This document shows, piece by piece, positions 49,118 to 59,127 of a stretch of DNA of 64,000 bases (position 1 is the stretch's first letter; each line of letters begins with the position of its first letter). The DNA is from a virus. The notes below the pieces were generated by a model that ran no database searches, was not told the DNA's origin, and worked only from the letters and a program-made list of their open reading frames with translations. The position numbers and the translations under genes are program-made. The stretch is from the IMG/VR virus record IMGVR_UViG_3300025108_000016. One strand, given 5' to 3'.

Positions 49118-49194
49118 TGAGACCTTTCGTGCGGTCTCTACAAAAGTCGGAAACCCTTATAAAGTGATGCGGTGAACACTACATCACTTTTTTT
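49118..49194 (+). ncRNA. Candidate late small RNA between regA and hsp20
   Basis: ATAAATA at 49107, hairpin GAGACC-N8-GGTCTC and terminator AAAGTGATG…CATCACTTT-TTTT. Confidence 0.4.
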
Positions 49195-49214
49195 GTGTCT
49201 TGATTAAATAGTGT

Positions 49215-49260
49215 TGGATGCCTTCGGGGTCCATACAAACATCTCGCTTATCTAAGGAGA
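49215..49260 (+). promoter_or_regulatory. Structured hsp20 5'UTR, ROSE-like thermometer candidate
   Basis: cUUCGg hairpin, then TCTC-G-CTTA/TAAG-GAGA pairing that occludes the SD. Confidence 0.5.
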
Positions 49261-49266
49261 ACACTA

Positions 49267-49674
49267 ATGACACATACATGGGATCTATACCTACCTCATG
49301 CCGTAGGTTTAAATGATATGTTTCATCGATTAGATTCGATGACCAATCATAATAAAAACTACCCCCCGTATAATTTAATCAAACATGACGCCAGTAATTA
49401 CGAAATTCAAATTGCTCTCGCAGGATTTAAAAGAGAGGAGATTGAAGTATCTACTGAATCAAACATTCTCAAGGTTACCAGCAACACTACAAGACAGGAT
49501 CCTGAAACAGAATACTTACACAAAGGAGTCTCGCGAAGATCATTTGCGAATACTTGGCAACTCGGTGACGATGTTAGAGTTGTGGACGTGACGTTTGAGG
49601 ATGGTATGCTGGTCGTGAGTTTAGAAAAAATTATACCAGACCACATGAGACGAACGACTTACGAAGTCAAATAA
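49267..49674 (+). CDS. hsp20: Small heat-shock protein Hsp20
   Basis: YPPYNL, IALAGF, YLHKG.SRRSF and DGML alpha-crystallin motifs. Confidence 0.93.
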   Translation: MTHTWDLYLPHAVGLNDMFHRLDSMTNHNKNYPPYNLIKHDASNYEIQIALAGFKREEIEVSTESNILKVTSNTTRQDPETEYLHKGVSRRSFANTWQLGDDVRVVDVTFEDGMLVVSLEKIIPDHMRRTTYEVK

Positions 49675-49685
49675 ATATCTGTCAC

Positions 49686-49723
49686 AGGGGGCGGTTGCCC
49701 CCTTTGCAATTTCGTGCTATACT
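49686..49723 (+). promoter_or_regulatory. Hairpin (terminator-like) overlapping a sigma70-type promoter
   Basis: AGGGGGC-GGTT-GCCCCCT hairpin; TTGCCC-N17-TATACT. Confidence 0.6.
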
Positions 49724-49743
49724 ACTAAAAAGATTGGAGAACT

Positions 49744-50247
49744 ATGTCTGAGTCTGATAAGATTATCGTTTTTAAAAATGGCGAACGTGTCATCTGTGAA
49801 CTACAAGAAGCATTTGAAGGAGAAGGCGAGGAGCGCCGTGGCATCTGCCTCATCATGCGAAACCCTTATATTCTAGAATTGGTTCCTGCCGAGAACCCTA
49901 CTGCTGAGAATGACCTTCAAGTGAAGTTCAGCAAGTGGTGTCCTTACTCTATCGATTATCAATTCCGTGTGCCCTATGACAGCATTCTAGCAATCGGTAT
50001 TCCTGATCAAGGTCTAGATGGTGCATACCGCCAGAAGATTGCTTCTCTGGTTGCTCAACAGGATAATGAACTTCCTAAGTGGGAAGAGGGTCAAACAAAC
50101 CCTAACATGGAAGCACAACTAGCAGAGATCACTGAAGTTGTTGGTGTTGATGCTCCTACTGCTGGAGTTGCAGGAAATACTGATCAGCATCCTATTGCTA
50201 CCCCGCTTGCACAGGAGGAATCGGATGCTGAAACTCCTGAAAATTGA
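49744..50247 (+). CDS. Hypothetical protein (Sm-like fold)
   Basis: FKNGERVIC…NPY…W.PYS. Confidence 0.65.
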   Translation: MSESDKIIVFKNGERVICELQEAFEGEGEERRGICLIMRNPYILELVPAENPTAENDLQVKFSKWCPYSIDYQFRVPYDSILAIGIPDQGLDGAYRQKIASLVAQQDNELPKWEEGQTNPNMEAQLAEITEVVGVDAPTAGVAGNTDQHPIATPLAQEESDAETPEN

Positions 50248-50476
50248 TGGTCACTGGATCGTAGCAGAGGTTGATGAGATTCCTGATACAGAATTTGGTA
50301 ATCCAGATTGTGTTCTGAAACATGCATGTGAGATTAATGAGGATGGGGCAGTGCCCTTCCCTCCTTACAGCGAAGATAGAGAACTGGTTATTCGTTCAGA
50401 AAATATTACATTTATTGCTGAACCATCACCAATGTTCTCTTCACTATACTATGATTTAAAAGCAAAAGAGGAATGA
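50225..50476 (+). CDS. Hypothetical protein
   Basis: ATG with GGAGG RBS; G.PDC.L motif. Confidence 0.6.
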   Translation: MLKLLKIDGHWIVAEVDEIPDTEFGNPDCVLKHACEINEDGAVPFPPYSEDRELVIRSENITFIAEPSPMFSSLYYDLKAKEE

Positions 50477-52962
50477 AGTTTTACACCAGCGTTCAGCAAG
50501 CAGGTAATAATATCCAGGTTCGTGGATACCAAAACGGAAACCAGTTCAGCGATAAGGTCCCTTTTAACCCTACGTTGTATCTGCCCACCCAACAACCTTC
50601 TCGCTGGAAGACTCTGGATGGTAAGAATGTTCGTCCTGTACAGCAGGGAACTATTCGTGACGCAAGAAAGTTTGTGGATGATCATAAAGACATTCCTGAC
50701 TTTGAGATCTGTGGTCAAACTCGCTACCTGAATCAATACATTGCAGAACAATATCCTGCAGATCAGATTGAGTTTGACTCTAGTCAGATTCGTGTGTTCA
50801 CACTTGACATCGAGACAGCAGCAGAGAATGGGTTCCCTGATATCGAAACTGCCGACCAAGAAATTCTTCTTATCTCTTTGAAGGATAGTCGCACAAGACG
50901 CATCCAGGTCTTCGGACGTTATGCGTTTGACAACACCCACAAAGACGTGGACTACATGCACTTCAGTACCGAGGTTGGTATGCTGCAGGCATTCATCCAT
51001 TACTGGATGAGCAACTATCCTGATGTTATCACTGGGTGGAACGTGCAGTTGTTCGACATGACTTACATAAGTAAGCGTATCGAACGTGTTATTGGTGAGC
51101 GTGACGCTAAGTTATTGTCACCATGGAAGTCTACTTATTGTCGTGAGATTTATATCAAAGGTCGTAAGCAAATTGCATATGACATCTCAGGTATTGCAAC
51201 GCTTGACTATCTTGAGTTGTATCGTAAATTCACATACACAAATCAATCATCTTATCGTCTAGATCATATTGCTAGTGTAGAACTAGATACAAAGAAACTA
51301 GATCATAGTGAGTATGACACCTTCAAAGAGTTCTACACCAAGGACTGGCAGAAGTTTGTAGAATACAATATCATTGACGTTCGTCTGGTTGACCAGTTGG
51401 ATGATAAGATGAAGTTGCTTGAACTTGCCTTCACTATGGCATATGATGCTAAGGTAAACTTTGAGGATGTATTTTCTCAGGTTCGTATGTGGGATAATTA
51501 TATCTACGTCGAGTTGCTAAAGAGACACATTGCAATACCCCCCAAGAAGGAAGCAAGAAAAGACGCTAAGTATGCTGGTGCATATGTTAAAGAACCTAAA
51601 CCAGGTTTTTATGACTGGGTTGTCAGCTTTGACCTTAATAGTCTGTACCCTCATCTTATCATGCAGTATAACCTCTCACCAGAGACCCTGCTCCCAAACA
51701 GACACCCTACAGCAACTATTGATAAGTTGCTTGAGAAAGAGATAGACACATCTGGTATTACCGATTGTCTTGCTGCTAATGGTACTCTGTACAAGAAGGA
51801 TGAGATGGGTTTCCTTCCTATGATGATGCAGAAGATGTATGACTCTCGCGTTATCTACAAGAAGAAGATGCTTGAAGCAAAGCAGCAGTATGAGAAGACT
51901 CCTACTATTGAATTGAAGAAAGAGATTGCTCGCTGTAATAACATTCAGATGGCAAAGAAGATCTCCCTCAACTCTGCTTATGGTGCTATTGGTAATGAAC
52001 ACTTTCGATACTTCCGACTAGAGATTGCTGAGGCAATCACTTGTTCTGGACAACTTTCCATTCGCTGGATCAGCAATAAAACAAACGCATACTTAAACAA
52101 AATTTTAAAAACAGATGATGTTGATTATGTTATTGCTTGTGATACCGATTCTATGTACCTCAACCTGGGTCCTTTGGTTGAAACTGTATTCGCCAACAGA
52201 GAGAAAACTGATGCGGGAGTTGTTTCTTTCCTTGACAAGGTGTGTAAGGTGGAATTTGAAAAGTATATTGAAAGTTCTTACCAAGAGCTCGCCACTTATA
52301 TGAATGCATATGACCAGAAGATGGTCATGAAGAGAGAGAACATTGCTAATCGTGGTTTCTGGACTGCAAAGAAACGCTATGTTCTTAACGTATGGGATAG
52401 TGAAGGAGTTCGATATAAAGAACCTAAGATGAAAATCTGTGGTATGGAGACTGCTAGATCTTCTACACCACAATACTATCGTGATAAACTATATCATGCA
52501 TTCAAATTAATCTTGACACAAACCAATGAAGACTTGATTGAGTTTATTGAGTTTGTGAAAAAAGATACTAGAAACCAGGACTATGTAAATATTGCTTTCC
52601 CCCGTGGATGCAATGGCATGACCAAATACAAATGTTCCCATGACATTTATCGTAAGGGAACACCTATCCATGTGAGAGGATCTTTACTTTATAATTACTA
52701 TGTTCGCAAGAACAAGATAACTAATAAGTATCCTATTATTCAGGAAGGAGAAAAAATTAAATTTATTTATCTGAAGACACCAAATCCAATGATGCAAAAC
52801 TGCATTAGTTTCTTCAGTGACATCCCTAAAGAATTTAATTTAGACAAGTACATTGATTATCAATTACAATTTGAGAAGTCATTCCTAGAACCTTTGAAGA
52901 ATGTGCTAGGATGTATTGATTGGGATTACGAAAAAAAAGTTTCACTATTATCATTTTTATAA
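50473..52962 (+). CDS. gp43: DNA polymerase gp43 (family B)
   Basis: DIET exonuclease, FDLNSLYP, KISLNSAYG and DTDS; C-terminal clamp-binding SLLSFL. Confidence 0.98.
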   Translation: MKFYTSVQQAGNNIQVRGYQNGNQFSDKVPFNPTLYLPTQQPSRWKTLDGKNVRPVQQGTIRDARKFVDDHKDIPDFEICGQTRYLNQYIAEQYPADQIEFDSSQIRVFTLDIETAAENGFPDIETADQEILLISLKDSRTRRIQVFGRYAFDNTHKDVDYMHFSTEVGMLQAFIHYWMSNYPDVITGWNVQLFDMTYISKRIERVIGERDAKLLSPWKSTYCREIYIKGRKQIAYDISGIATLDYLELYRKFTYTNQSSYRLDHIASVELDTKKLDHSEYDTFKEFYTKDWQKFVEYNIIDVRLVDQLDDKMKLLELAFTMAYDAKVNFEDVFSQVRMWDNYIYVELLKRHIAIPPKKEARKDAKYAGAYVKEPKPGFYDWVVSFDLNSLYPHLIMQYNLSPETLLPNRHPTATIDKLLEKEIDTSGITDCLAANGTLYKKDEMGFLPMMMQKMYDSRVIYKKKMLEAKQQYEKTPTIELKKEIARCNNIQMAKKISLNSAYGAIGNEHFRYFRLEIAEAITCSGQLSIRWISNKTNAYLNKILKTDDVDYVIACDTDSMYLNLGPLVETVFANREKTDAGVVSFLDKVCKVEFEKYIESSYQELATYMNAYDQKMVMKRENIANRGFWTAKKRYVLNVWDSEGVRYKEPKMKICGMETARSSTPQYYRDKLYHAFKLILTQTNEDLIEFIEFVKKDTRNQDYVNIAFPRGCNGMTKYKCSHDIYRKGTPIHVRGSLLYNYYVRKNKITNKYPIIQEGEKIKFIYLKTPNPMMQNCISFFSDIPKEFNLDKYIDYQLQFEKSFLEPLKNVLGCIDWDYEKKVSLLSFL

Positions 52963-52964
52963 CC

Positions 52965-53987
52965 ATGGGATTTCTAGATACAGTCATTAAGGACAGCAAG
53001 AATGAGTATGCTAGTCTTGTTAGCGAAGGGGTTGCTGCTGGCGATATTGAATCTTTTGTTGATACTGGGAGTTACGTTGTTAACGCCCTGGTTAGTGGTT
53101 CGATTTTTGGAGGTTTTCCTTCCAATAAGATTACTGCCGTGGCAGGAGAATCAGGCACGGGTAAGACTTTCTTTTGTCTTTCTGTCGTTAAGCATTTCCT
53201 CGATACTGATCCTGGCGCTGGAGTTATCTATTTTGAAACTGAGTCTGCCATTTCTAAAGACATGATCGAGAGTCGTAACATTGACTCCGATCGCATGGTA
53301 ATTTTTCCAATCAATACCATTGAAGAGTTCCGTACACAAGCAGTAAGAATTGTAGACAAATTCATGGAACAACCTGAAGAAGACCGCAAACCACTCATGT
53401 TTGTGCTAGACTCTTTGGGTAACCTTGCCACCAACAAAGAGGTTCAGGATGCAGCAGACGACAAGAACGTCCGCGATATGACAAAAGCACAACTGGTCAA
53501 ATCTGCCTTTCGCATCTTGACACTGAAGCTTGGCAAGGCTAATATACCAATGATCGTTACCAACCACACCTATGATGTCATCGGCGCTTATCATCCTGCA
53601 AAAGAAATGGGGGGAGGCAGTGGACTCAAGTATTCTGCTAGCACAATCGTTTATCTCGGAAAGAAAAAAGAGAAAGATGGAACAGATCTCATCGGAAACA
53701 TTATCAAATGCGAGGCTAAGAAGTCTCGTTTGACACGTGAGGGTTCCAAAGTAGAGACTAGACTTTACTTTGATGCTAGAGGTTTGGAGAAGCACTATGG
53801 ATTACTTGAGATTGGCGAGCGAGCAGGGTTGTGGAAAAATGTTGCTGGACGCTATGAAATTAATGGAAAGAAGATCTATGCGAAAGCAATCCTCAAAGAC
53901 CCAGAACAATACTTCACCCCCGAAATCCTAGAAGCAATAGATAAGCAGGCACAAAAAGAATTTTTATATGGTACAGAAGATGAGTGA
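52965..53987 (+). CDS. uvsX: RecA-like recombinase UvsX
   Basis: GESGTGKT, LDSLG and MGGGSGLKY. Confidence 0.95.
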   Translation: MGFLDTVIKDSKNEYASLVSEGVAAGDIESFVDTGSYVVNALVSGSIFGGFPSNKITAVAGESGTGKTFFCLSVVKHFLDTDPGAGVIYFETESAISKDMIESRNIDSDRMVIFPINTIEEFRTQAVRIVDKFMEQPEEDRKPLMFVLDSLGNLATNKEVQDAADDKNVRDMTKAQLVKSAFRILTLKLGKANIPMIVTNHTYDVIGAYHPAKEMGGGSGLKYSASTIVYLGKKKEKDGTDLIGNIIKCEAKKSRLTREGSKVETRLYFDARGLEKHYGLLEIGERAGLWKNVAGRYEINGKKIYAKAILKDPEQYFTPEILEAIDKQAQKEFLYGTEDE

Positions 53988-55368
53988 GAAAATGGAAACA
54001 ACTATTTTGCGTAACCTCCTTTCCACGGAGGAATTTTATCGCAAAGTAGTTCCCTTTCTCAAAGCAGAATACTTTGAAGATATTTCTGAACGTATTATTT
54101 TTGAAGAGATTAATGACTTCTCGTCTAAGTATGATAAGATGCCAACTGCTGAAATTGTCATACTTCAACTACAACAACGCAATGATCTCAACGAAGACAC
54201 GTATCAAACATCTGTTAAGCATATTAAGGAATTTCCCCAAGAGTTTACAGACACAGCATGGCTCGTTGACCGAACTGAAAAGTGGTGTCAAGAGCGAGCA
54301 ATCTACAATGCCCTCCTACATTCGATCAAGATCGCAGACGGAGGCGATAAAGAGATTTCGAGAGATGCGATACCCTCCATTCTCCAAGAAGCCTTGGCAG
54401 TATCGTTTGATGAATATATCGGACACGACTACGTAGATAACGCTAGCGAGAGATATGATTTCTATCACAGAGATGAAGAGAAACTTCCTTTTGATCTTGA
54501 TAAATTCAATGCTATCACTAAAGGTGGTCTCCCCAATAAGACACTATCTATTGCCCTTGCTGGTACAGGTGTTGGTAAGTCTCTATTCATGTGTCATTGT
54601 GCCACTGCTGCTCTACAGCAAGGTAAGAATGTCTTGTACATCACTGCTGAGATGTCCGAAGAAAAAATTGCAGAGAGAATTGATGCCAATCTTTTAAACA
54701 TAAACATTCGAGACATTTCTACATTACCCGAACAACTCTTTATATCTAGAGTTGCTGAGATTGGTAGAAAGACAGAAGGTAAACTTATTATCAAAGAGTA
54801 TCCTACTGCTAGCGCACATGCTGGTCACTTTAAGTCTTTATTAAATGAACTATCTTTGAAGAAATCATTCAAACCAGATATCATTTTTATTGATTACCTA
54901 AATATTTGTGCTTCTTCTAGATACAGAGGACACATTGTCAACTCATACACTTATGTAAAATCTATTGCTGAAGAGTTGCGTGGATTGGCGTGTGAGCATG
55001 ATGTTCCTATTGTGTCAGCAACACAAACTACTCGTAGTGGATTTGGTTCTACTGATGTAGAAATCACTGATACTTCTGAGTCATTTGGTTTACCTGCTAC
55101 TGCTGATCTTATGTTTGCTCTAATCTCTACTGAGGAGTTAGAACAATCAGGTCGCATCATGGTAAAACAATTAAAGAATCGCTATGGCGATCCAACAATG
55201 CATCGACGCTTTACCGTAGGGGTTGACAGAGCGAAGATGAAATTGTATAATGTGGACGATGATCCAGCAGAACTTGCAATCACCGATCACGAAGAACCAT
55301 CCGATGTGTTTGAAGACGTATCAAATCGTCAAAAACGCATCGATAAATTTAGTAACTTTATTATTTGA
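53980..55368 (+). CDS. gp41: Replicative helicase gp41
   Basis: AGTGVGKS, IDYLNI, SESFGLPATAD and QLKNRY. Confidence 0.96.
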   Translation: MSEKMETTILRNLLSTEEFYRKVVPFLKAEYFEDISERIIFEEINDFSSKYDKMPTAEIVILQLQQRNDLNEDTYQTSVKHIKEFPQEFTDTAWLVDRTEKWCQERAIYNALLHSIKIADGGDKEISRDAIPSILQEALAVSFDEYIGHDYVDNASERYDFYHRDEEKLPFDLDKFNAITKGGLPNKTLSIALAGTGVGKSLFMCHCATAALQQGKNVLYITAEMSEEKIAERIDANLLNINIRDISTLPEQLFISRVAEIGRKTEGKLIIKEYPTASAHAGHFKSLLNELSLKKSFKPDIIFIDYLNICASSRYRGHIVNSYTYVKSIAEELRGLACEHDVPIVSATQTTRSGFGSTDVEITDTSESFGLPATADLMFALISTEELEQSGRIMVKQLKNRYGDPTMHRRFTVGVDRAKMKLYNVDDDPAELAITDHEEPSDVFEDVSNRQKRIDKFSNFII

Positions 55369-55371
55369 AAC

Positions 55372-55779
55372 ATGTCAAAGGTTAATTTTGAACGCTATCA
55401 AGAATTTGTGGCAGAAGTCACTTCAGATTGTTCTACAAACTTTGTTGATTTCGCTGACCGTATTGGTGAGCTTGATAGACAAGGTGCCAATATTGAGAGA
55501 CTGCTTACTGCTGGTGTTGGAATTAATGCTGAGGGTGGTGAGTTCCTTGAGATCATTAAGAAGATGGTCTTCCAAGGAAAACCATGGAACGAAGATAATC
55601 GTGAGCATCTTATCATTGAGTTGGGTGATATTATGTGGTACGTTGCTCAAGCAACAATGGCACTTGATATATCCTTCGATGAGGTAGTTGAGATTAATGT
55701 CAACAAACTGAAGAAGCGTTATCCAGGAGGAGAATTTGATGTATTCAAATCAGAAAACAGAGCAACAGGCGACAGATAA
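55372..55779 (+). CDS. mazG: MazG nucleoside triphosphate pyrophosphohydrolase
   Basis: AEGGEFLEIIKK, ELGDIMWY and KLKKRYP. Confidence 0.92.
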   Translation: MSKVNFERYQEFVAEVTSDCSTNFVDFADRIGELDRQGANIERLLTAGVGINAEGGEFLEIIKKMVFQGKPWNEDNREHLIIELGDIMWYVAQATMALDISFDEVVEINVNKLKKRYPGGEFDVFKSENRATGDR

Positions 55780-55780
55780 G

Positions 55781-55918
55781 ATGTATCATATTTACGATCA
55801 TAACGGAGTGGTAACCCACTCTTTATCTGAAGAAGATTTTGATCGTCTTTATGATGCAACTAATCAAGACTATGAAGAATGTATACTAGATAAATCTAGT
55901 GAGGAGCACTCTTACTAA
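55781..55918 (+). CDS. Small hypothetical protein
   Basis: 45-aa ORF directly after mazG. Confidence 0.45.
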   Translation: MYHIYDHNGVVTHSLSEEDFDRLYDATNQDYEECILDKSSEEHSY

Positions 55919-56115
55919 TGTTCAGTCTCTGGATCCATCTACGAGCATTCTTTTCTGTTGTAGTGGTGAGTTGTGCTCACCCTGTCAATTGGGAGCAGTG
56001 TGTTCGTGTGGACCAGTGGCTCTTGCCAGAAGTCAAGCAAGGATATGAATTATGGACAGGACAAACACATCCCTATCAAAGTGAAAAAGATTATCTTAAC
56101 CTCCCTTCTAAATAG
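55918..56115 (+). CDS. Small hypothetical protein
   Basis: 65 aa; TAATG coupling; hydrophobic N-terminus. Confidence 0.55.
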   Translation: MFSLWIHLRAFFSVVVVSCAHPVNWEQCVRVDQWLLPEVKQGYELWTGQTHPYQSEKDYLNLPSK

Positions 56116-56133
56116 TTAGACGGGGGGTTTTTT
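56098..56133 (+). terminator. Terminator hairpin containing late promoter CTAAATA
   Basis: AACCTCCC.TCTA-AATAGT-TAGA.GGGGGGTT followed by a T tract. Confidence 0.6.
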
Positions 56134-56134
56134 A

Positions 56135-57916
56135 ATGGCAGATATAAAAACTATATACGAAGCTTTTGCAAAAGATATTGCCGAAGAATATGATATTGCG
56201 GGAATAATTCAAAGACATAATTCTTCATTAACAGCAGAGAGTCCTGCCTATACTGAACCTGTAGATAATGCAGCCTCTTTTGGTGTTCTTAAAGTTGTTG
56301 CCGATACCTCTAAATCTGGATACGGCACAATGATAACAGTGCAGAACACAAGTGAAAGAGATAACATACTTAATAAAATATATACTGCTCTAGACCCTGA
56401 AGCGATAAGAGATAAACTTGTCTTGAAATTATTGGAAAATGAAATCATGGCAGATGTTGAAGATCTAGTATTTACTAGAAGTACTAATTTTTCTAGTGGG
56501 TCTAAGACAATTTACATGAATGTTGTTGAGATGAAAAAAGATGGCAAACCAAAAGCGTCTCCAACTCCTGCATTTGTAATTTTTGCTAAGGGACTTAAAG
56601 GCACAAAAGCTGACCCACATGAGTTAATGACTGGCACTCTTATTGCTATGGAAAGGATTGTTAATTATGCTCAGATTAATAGGATGAGTACAATTGAGCG
56701 AAATACTGCTCTTGAAAATTTGACCAATGAAGTACATTCAAATCACAGAATGGTTGATGGTCATAGCAGTAAGGATGCTTCTGTTATGCAAGGTGACATA
56801 GTTAACTTAGCAAAAGCAATATCCGTTTCTAATTATGTTGTTGGACTATGCAAAAGAAATGGAGCAACAATTGAAAAAGTTTATCAAACTGGTGCTGCTT
56901 GGAGTAAAGATATAAGAAAAATTAAAGGTAAAGACCAACTTAAAGATCAATTAATTAAAGATTACAATTCATCAGATTTAATTGTCAAAATTAAACATAA
57001 CAAAATTATACATTATTGGGCACTATCACTAAAGAAAAAATCTGGTATTAATGATGACCCAACTCTATTGAATAAACCATTGGTTGGTGAAGGATCTGAT
57101 AATGGAAAGAAAAAAGCAGGATACTTATATCTTAGGGGCAATGCTGCACAAAAAACTGCGATGGCATCTGCCGAGGATAATTTTTGGAAACAAGTTTACA
57201 TGGTAAAATTTGGTCCAGACGCACCTGTTTTTCCATCAGGTAAAAAACTTGGAGACAATGTTTCTCCTACAAATTGGACTGACGTTAACAATTGGAAAAA
57301 AACTTTAAATGATTCTTTGTCTGATGCTGATAAGAATGCAGCGTTAACTGGAAAAGAATATCGTAATGTAAAATATCCCAAAAACTTTTTCTTTGAAACA
57401 CTAGATGAAGTCTTCAGAGACATCATGGAAGAACCAAGAAACTTTAGAGAGTTTTTGGATTTGGCATTTAGATTTGATATTGAAGACTATGTGAAACAAG
57501 AGCATTTTCATTTCAGTTTGATTACTGGGTCTGGGAGAGTAAATCCAAATGGCACTCTAACTGTTAGACCTGCAGAAGATAAAAGTTCTGCGTTATTGAA
57601 AGAAGTATTTACTGCATTACTTAGTGGTGGCGTTAGGTCATTCAATCCTTCTAGGGCAACTAGAGCACCAAATTTAATTTTGGAAACCACAAGCGGGAAA
57701 ATGCAAGCATTCCAAAACGGAGCGACAGCTGCCAAACTGTACTACACGATGAAAATTGATACGCTTCCTGTGGTAAACTTAGAAGTAAGATACAAAGGTT
57801 CCATCACTGCCTCTCCTCAGTTTCAAGTTTTTATTACAGTGAATTTTAAAAGGTATTTACATACCATTAAAAGAAAACTTAGTACTAAAGGAATTCGCGC
57901 TTTCTTAACCCGATGA
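56135..57916 (+). CDS. Hypothetical protein, possible PD-(D/E)xK nuclease-like fold
   Basis: 593 aa; DPHELM…NSSDLIV…LSLKK pattern. Confidence 0.55.
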   Translation: MADIKTIYEAFAKDIAEEYDIAGIIQRHNSSLTAESPAYTEPVDNAASFGVLKVVADTSKSGYGTMITVQNTSERDNILNKIYTALDPEAIRDKLVLKLLENEIMADVEDLVFTRSTNFSSGSKTIYMNVVEMKKDGKPKASPTPAFVIFAKGLKGTKADPHELMTGTLIAMERIVNYAQINRMSTIERNTALENLTNEVHSNHRMVDGHSSKDASVMQGDIVNLAKAISVSNYVVGLCKRNGATIEKVYQTGAAWSKDIRKIKGKDQLKDQLIKDYNSSDLIVKIKHNKIIHYWALSLKKKSGINDDPTLLNKPLVGEGSDNGKKKAGYLYLRGNAAQKTAMASAEDNFWKQVYMVKFGPDAPVFPSGKKLGDNVSPTNWTDVNNWKKTLNDSLSDADKNAALTGKEYRNVKYPKNFFFETLDEVFRDIMEEPRNFREFLDLAFRFDIEDYVKQEHFHFSLITGSGRVNPNGTLTVRPAEDKSSALLKEVFTALLSGGVRSFNPSRATRAPNLILETTSGKMQAFQNGATAAKLYYTMKIDTLPVVNLEVRYKGSITASPQFQVFITVNFKRYLHTIKRKLSTKGIRAFLTR

Positions 57917-59127
57917 GCAAAAACACTCACTTAGAGCACCTTGAAGATAGTATTTTATTTGATGGCAAGCAAGGTGCAGTTGATGCATTTAAGTTTTTAG
58001 ATTTACTTGCTCAAACTTTTTCTGGAAAATCATCCAGTAATTTTAAGATTACTACTAAATGGGATGGAGCACCTGCTATCTTCTGTGGTCAGTATCCTGG
58101 CACGGGTACATTTTTTGTGGGTACAAAATCTGTCTTCAATAAAGAAGCAAAGGTTAATACCACACCTGAAGAGATTGATGTAAACCACGGACATGCTCCT
58201 GGTCTGGTTGCCAAGTTAAAAGATGCTTTAACTTATTTCCCTAAACTTAATATTAAGGGTGTAGCACAAGGAGACTTGCTTTTTACTGATGATAAAAAAT
58301 TTGAGGTTATTGATGGCAAGAGATGCATCACCTTCAAACCTAATACAATTACATATGCTATCCCAGAAGATAGTGACTTATATGAAAAAGCAAAACGTGC
58401 GAAGATTGGTGTAGTATTTCATACAACTTATAAAGGACAATCAATTGCAGGACTCTCTGCAACTTTTGGATATGATATTAGTAAATTAAAAACTAGTCCT
58501 GATGTATTGGTTTTGTCTGCAGAAACAGAGTCATTAGGGAAAGATGTTCTGTTGACTCAAGCAGAGCACTTACAACTTAAGAGAATGAAAAATGCTGGTT
58601 CTGCTTTAGTAAGAGCAACTGGTGGATTCCTTGACAAGGTTGCTGTACAGATTGCAGAAAACGACCAGTTGACTGTCGGTCCCAGATTAAAAATCTATTT
58701 CAATACTTATGTCAGACAGGGACGCAAGGTCAATAATGCTAAGAAGTTTGTTGAAAACTTCAAGAAATACTTTGAAGGTGAAGTGCAGAAAGCAGTTGCT
58801 AAGGTGAAGACACCTAAGGCAAAGGCATCCAAACTTGCAAAACTATATGCTGGTCTGGATTTTATCGAAGCAAACGAAGCAGAGATGATTAAGGCAGTTG
58901 GACTATATACAACGTTGCAGAATGCCAAAACATTTTTTGTCCGTAAACTAGAAAAGGGCGAGAAGATTGGTACATATCTACAAACAGAAAATGGTTATGA
59001 GATAACAGCGCCAGAGGGATATGTTGCTATCAGTAAAGATAGTACTGCAGTCAAGTTGGTGGACAGATTGTCATTCAGTGTTGCAAACTTCAATGTATCT
59101 AAAGACTGGGTAGCAGGAGATAAATGA
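57913..59127 (+). CDS. Conserved protein with ligase-type nucleotidyltransferase motifs (DUF6267-like)
   Basis: HLEHLED, TKWDG (KxDG), QGDLLF, PEGYV and VKLVDR. Confidence 0.65.
   Translation: MSKNTHLEHLEDSILFDGKQGAVDAFKFLDLLAQTFSGKSSSNFKITTKWDGAPAIFCGQYPGTGTFFVGTKSVFNKEAKVNTTPEEIDVNHGHAPGLVAKLKDALTYFPKLNIKGVAQGDLLFTDDKKFEVIDGKRCITFKPNTITYAIPEDSDLYEKAKRAKIGVVFHTTYKGQSIAGLSATFGYDISKLKTSPDVLVLSAETESLGKDVLLTQAEHLQLKRMKNAGSALVRATGGFLDKVAVQIAENDQLTVGPRLKIYFNTYVRQGRKVNNAKKFVENFKKYFEGEVQKAVAKVKTPKAKASKLAKLYAGLDFIEANEAEMIKAVGLYTTLQNAKTFFVRKLEKGEKIGTYLQTENGYEITAPEGYVAISKDSTAVKLVDRLSFSVANFNVSKDWVAGDK

Noticed and set aside
52929-52942. A-run near the end of gp43 as a frameshift site
   Set aside because: It reads GAA AAA AAA GTT, and the 0-frame ends in the expected clamp-binding motif (SLLSFL)
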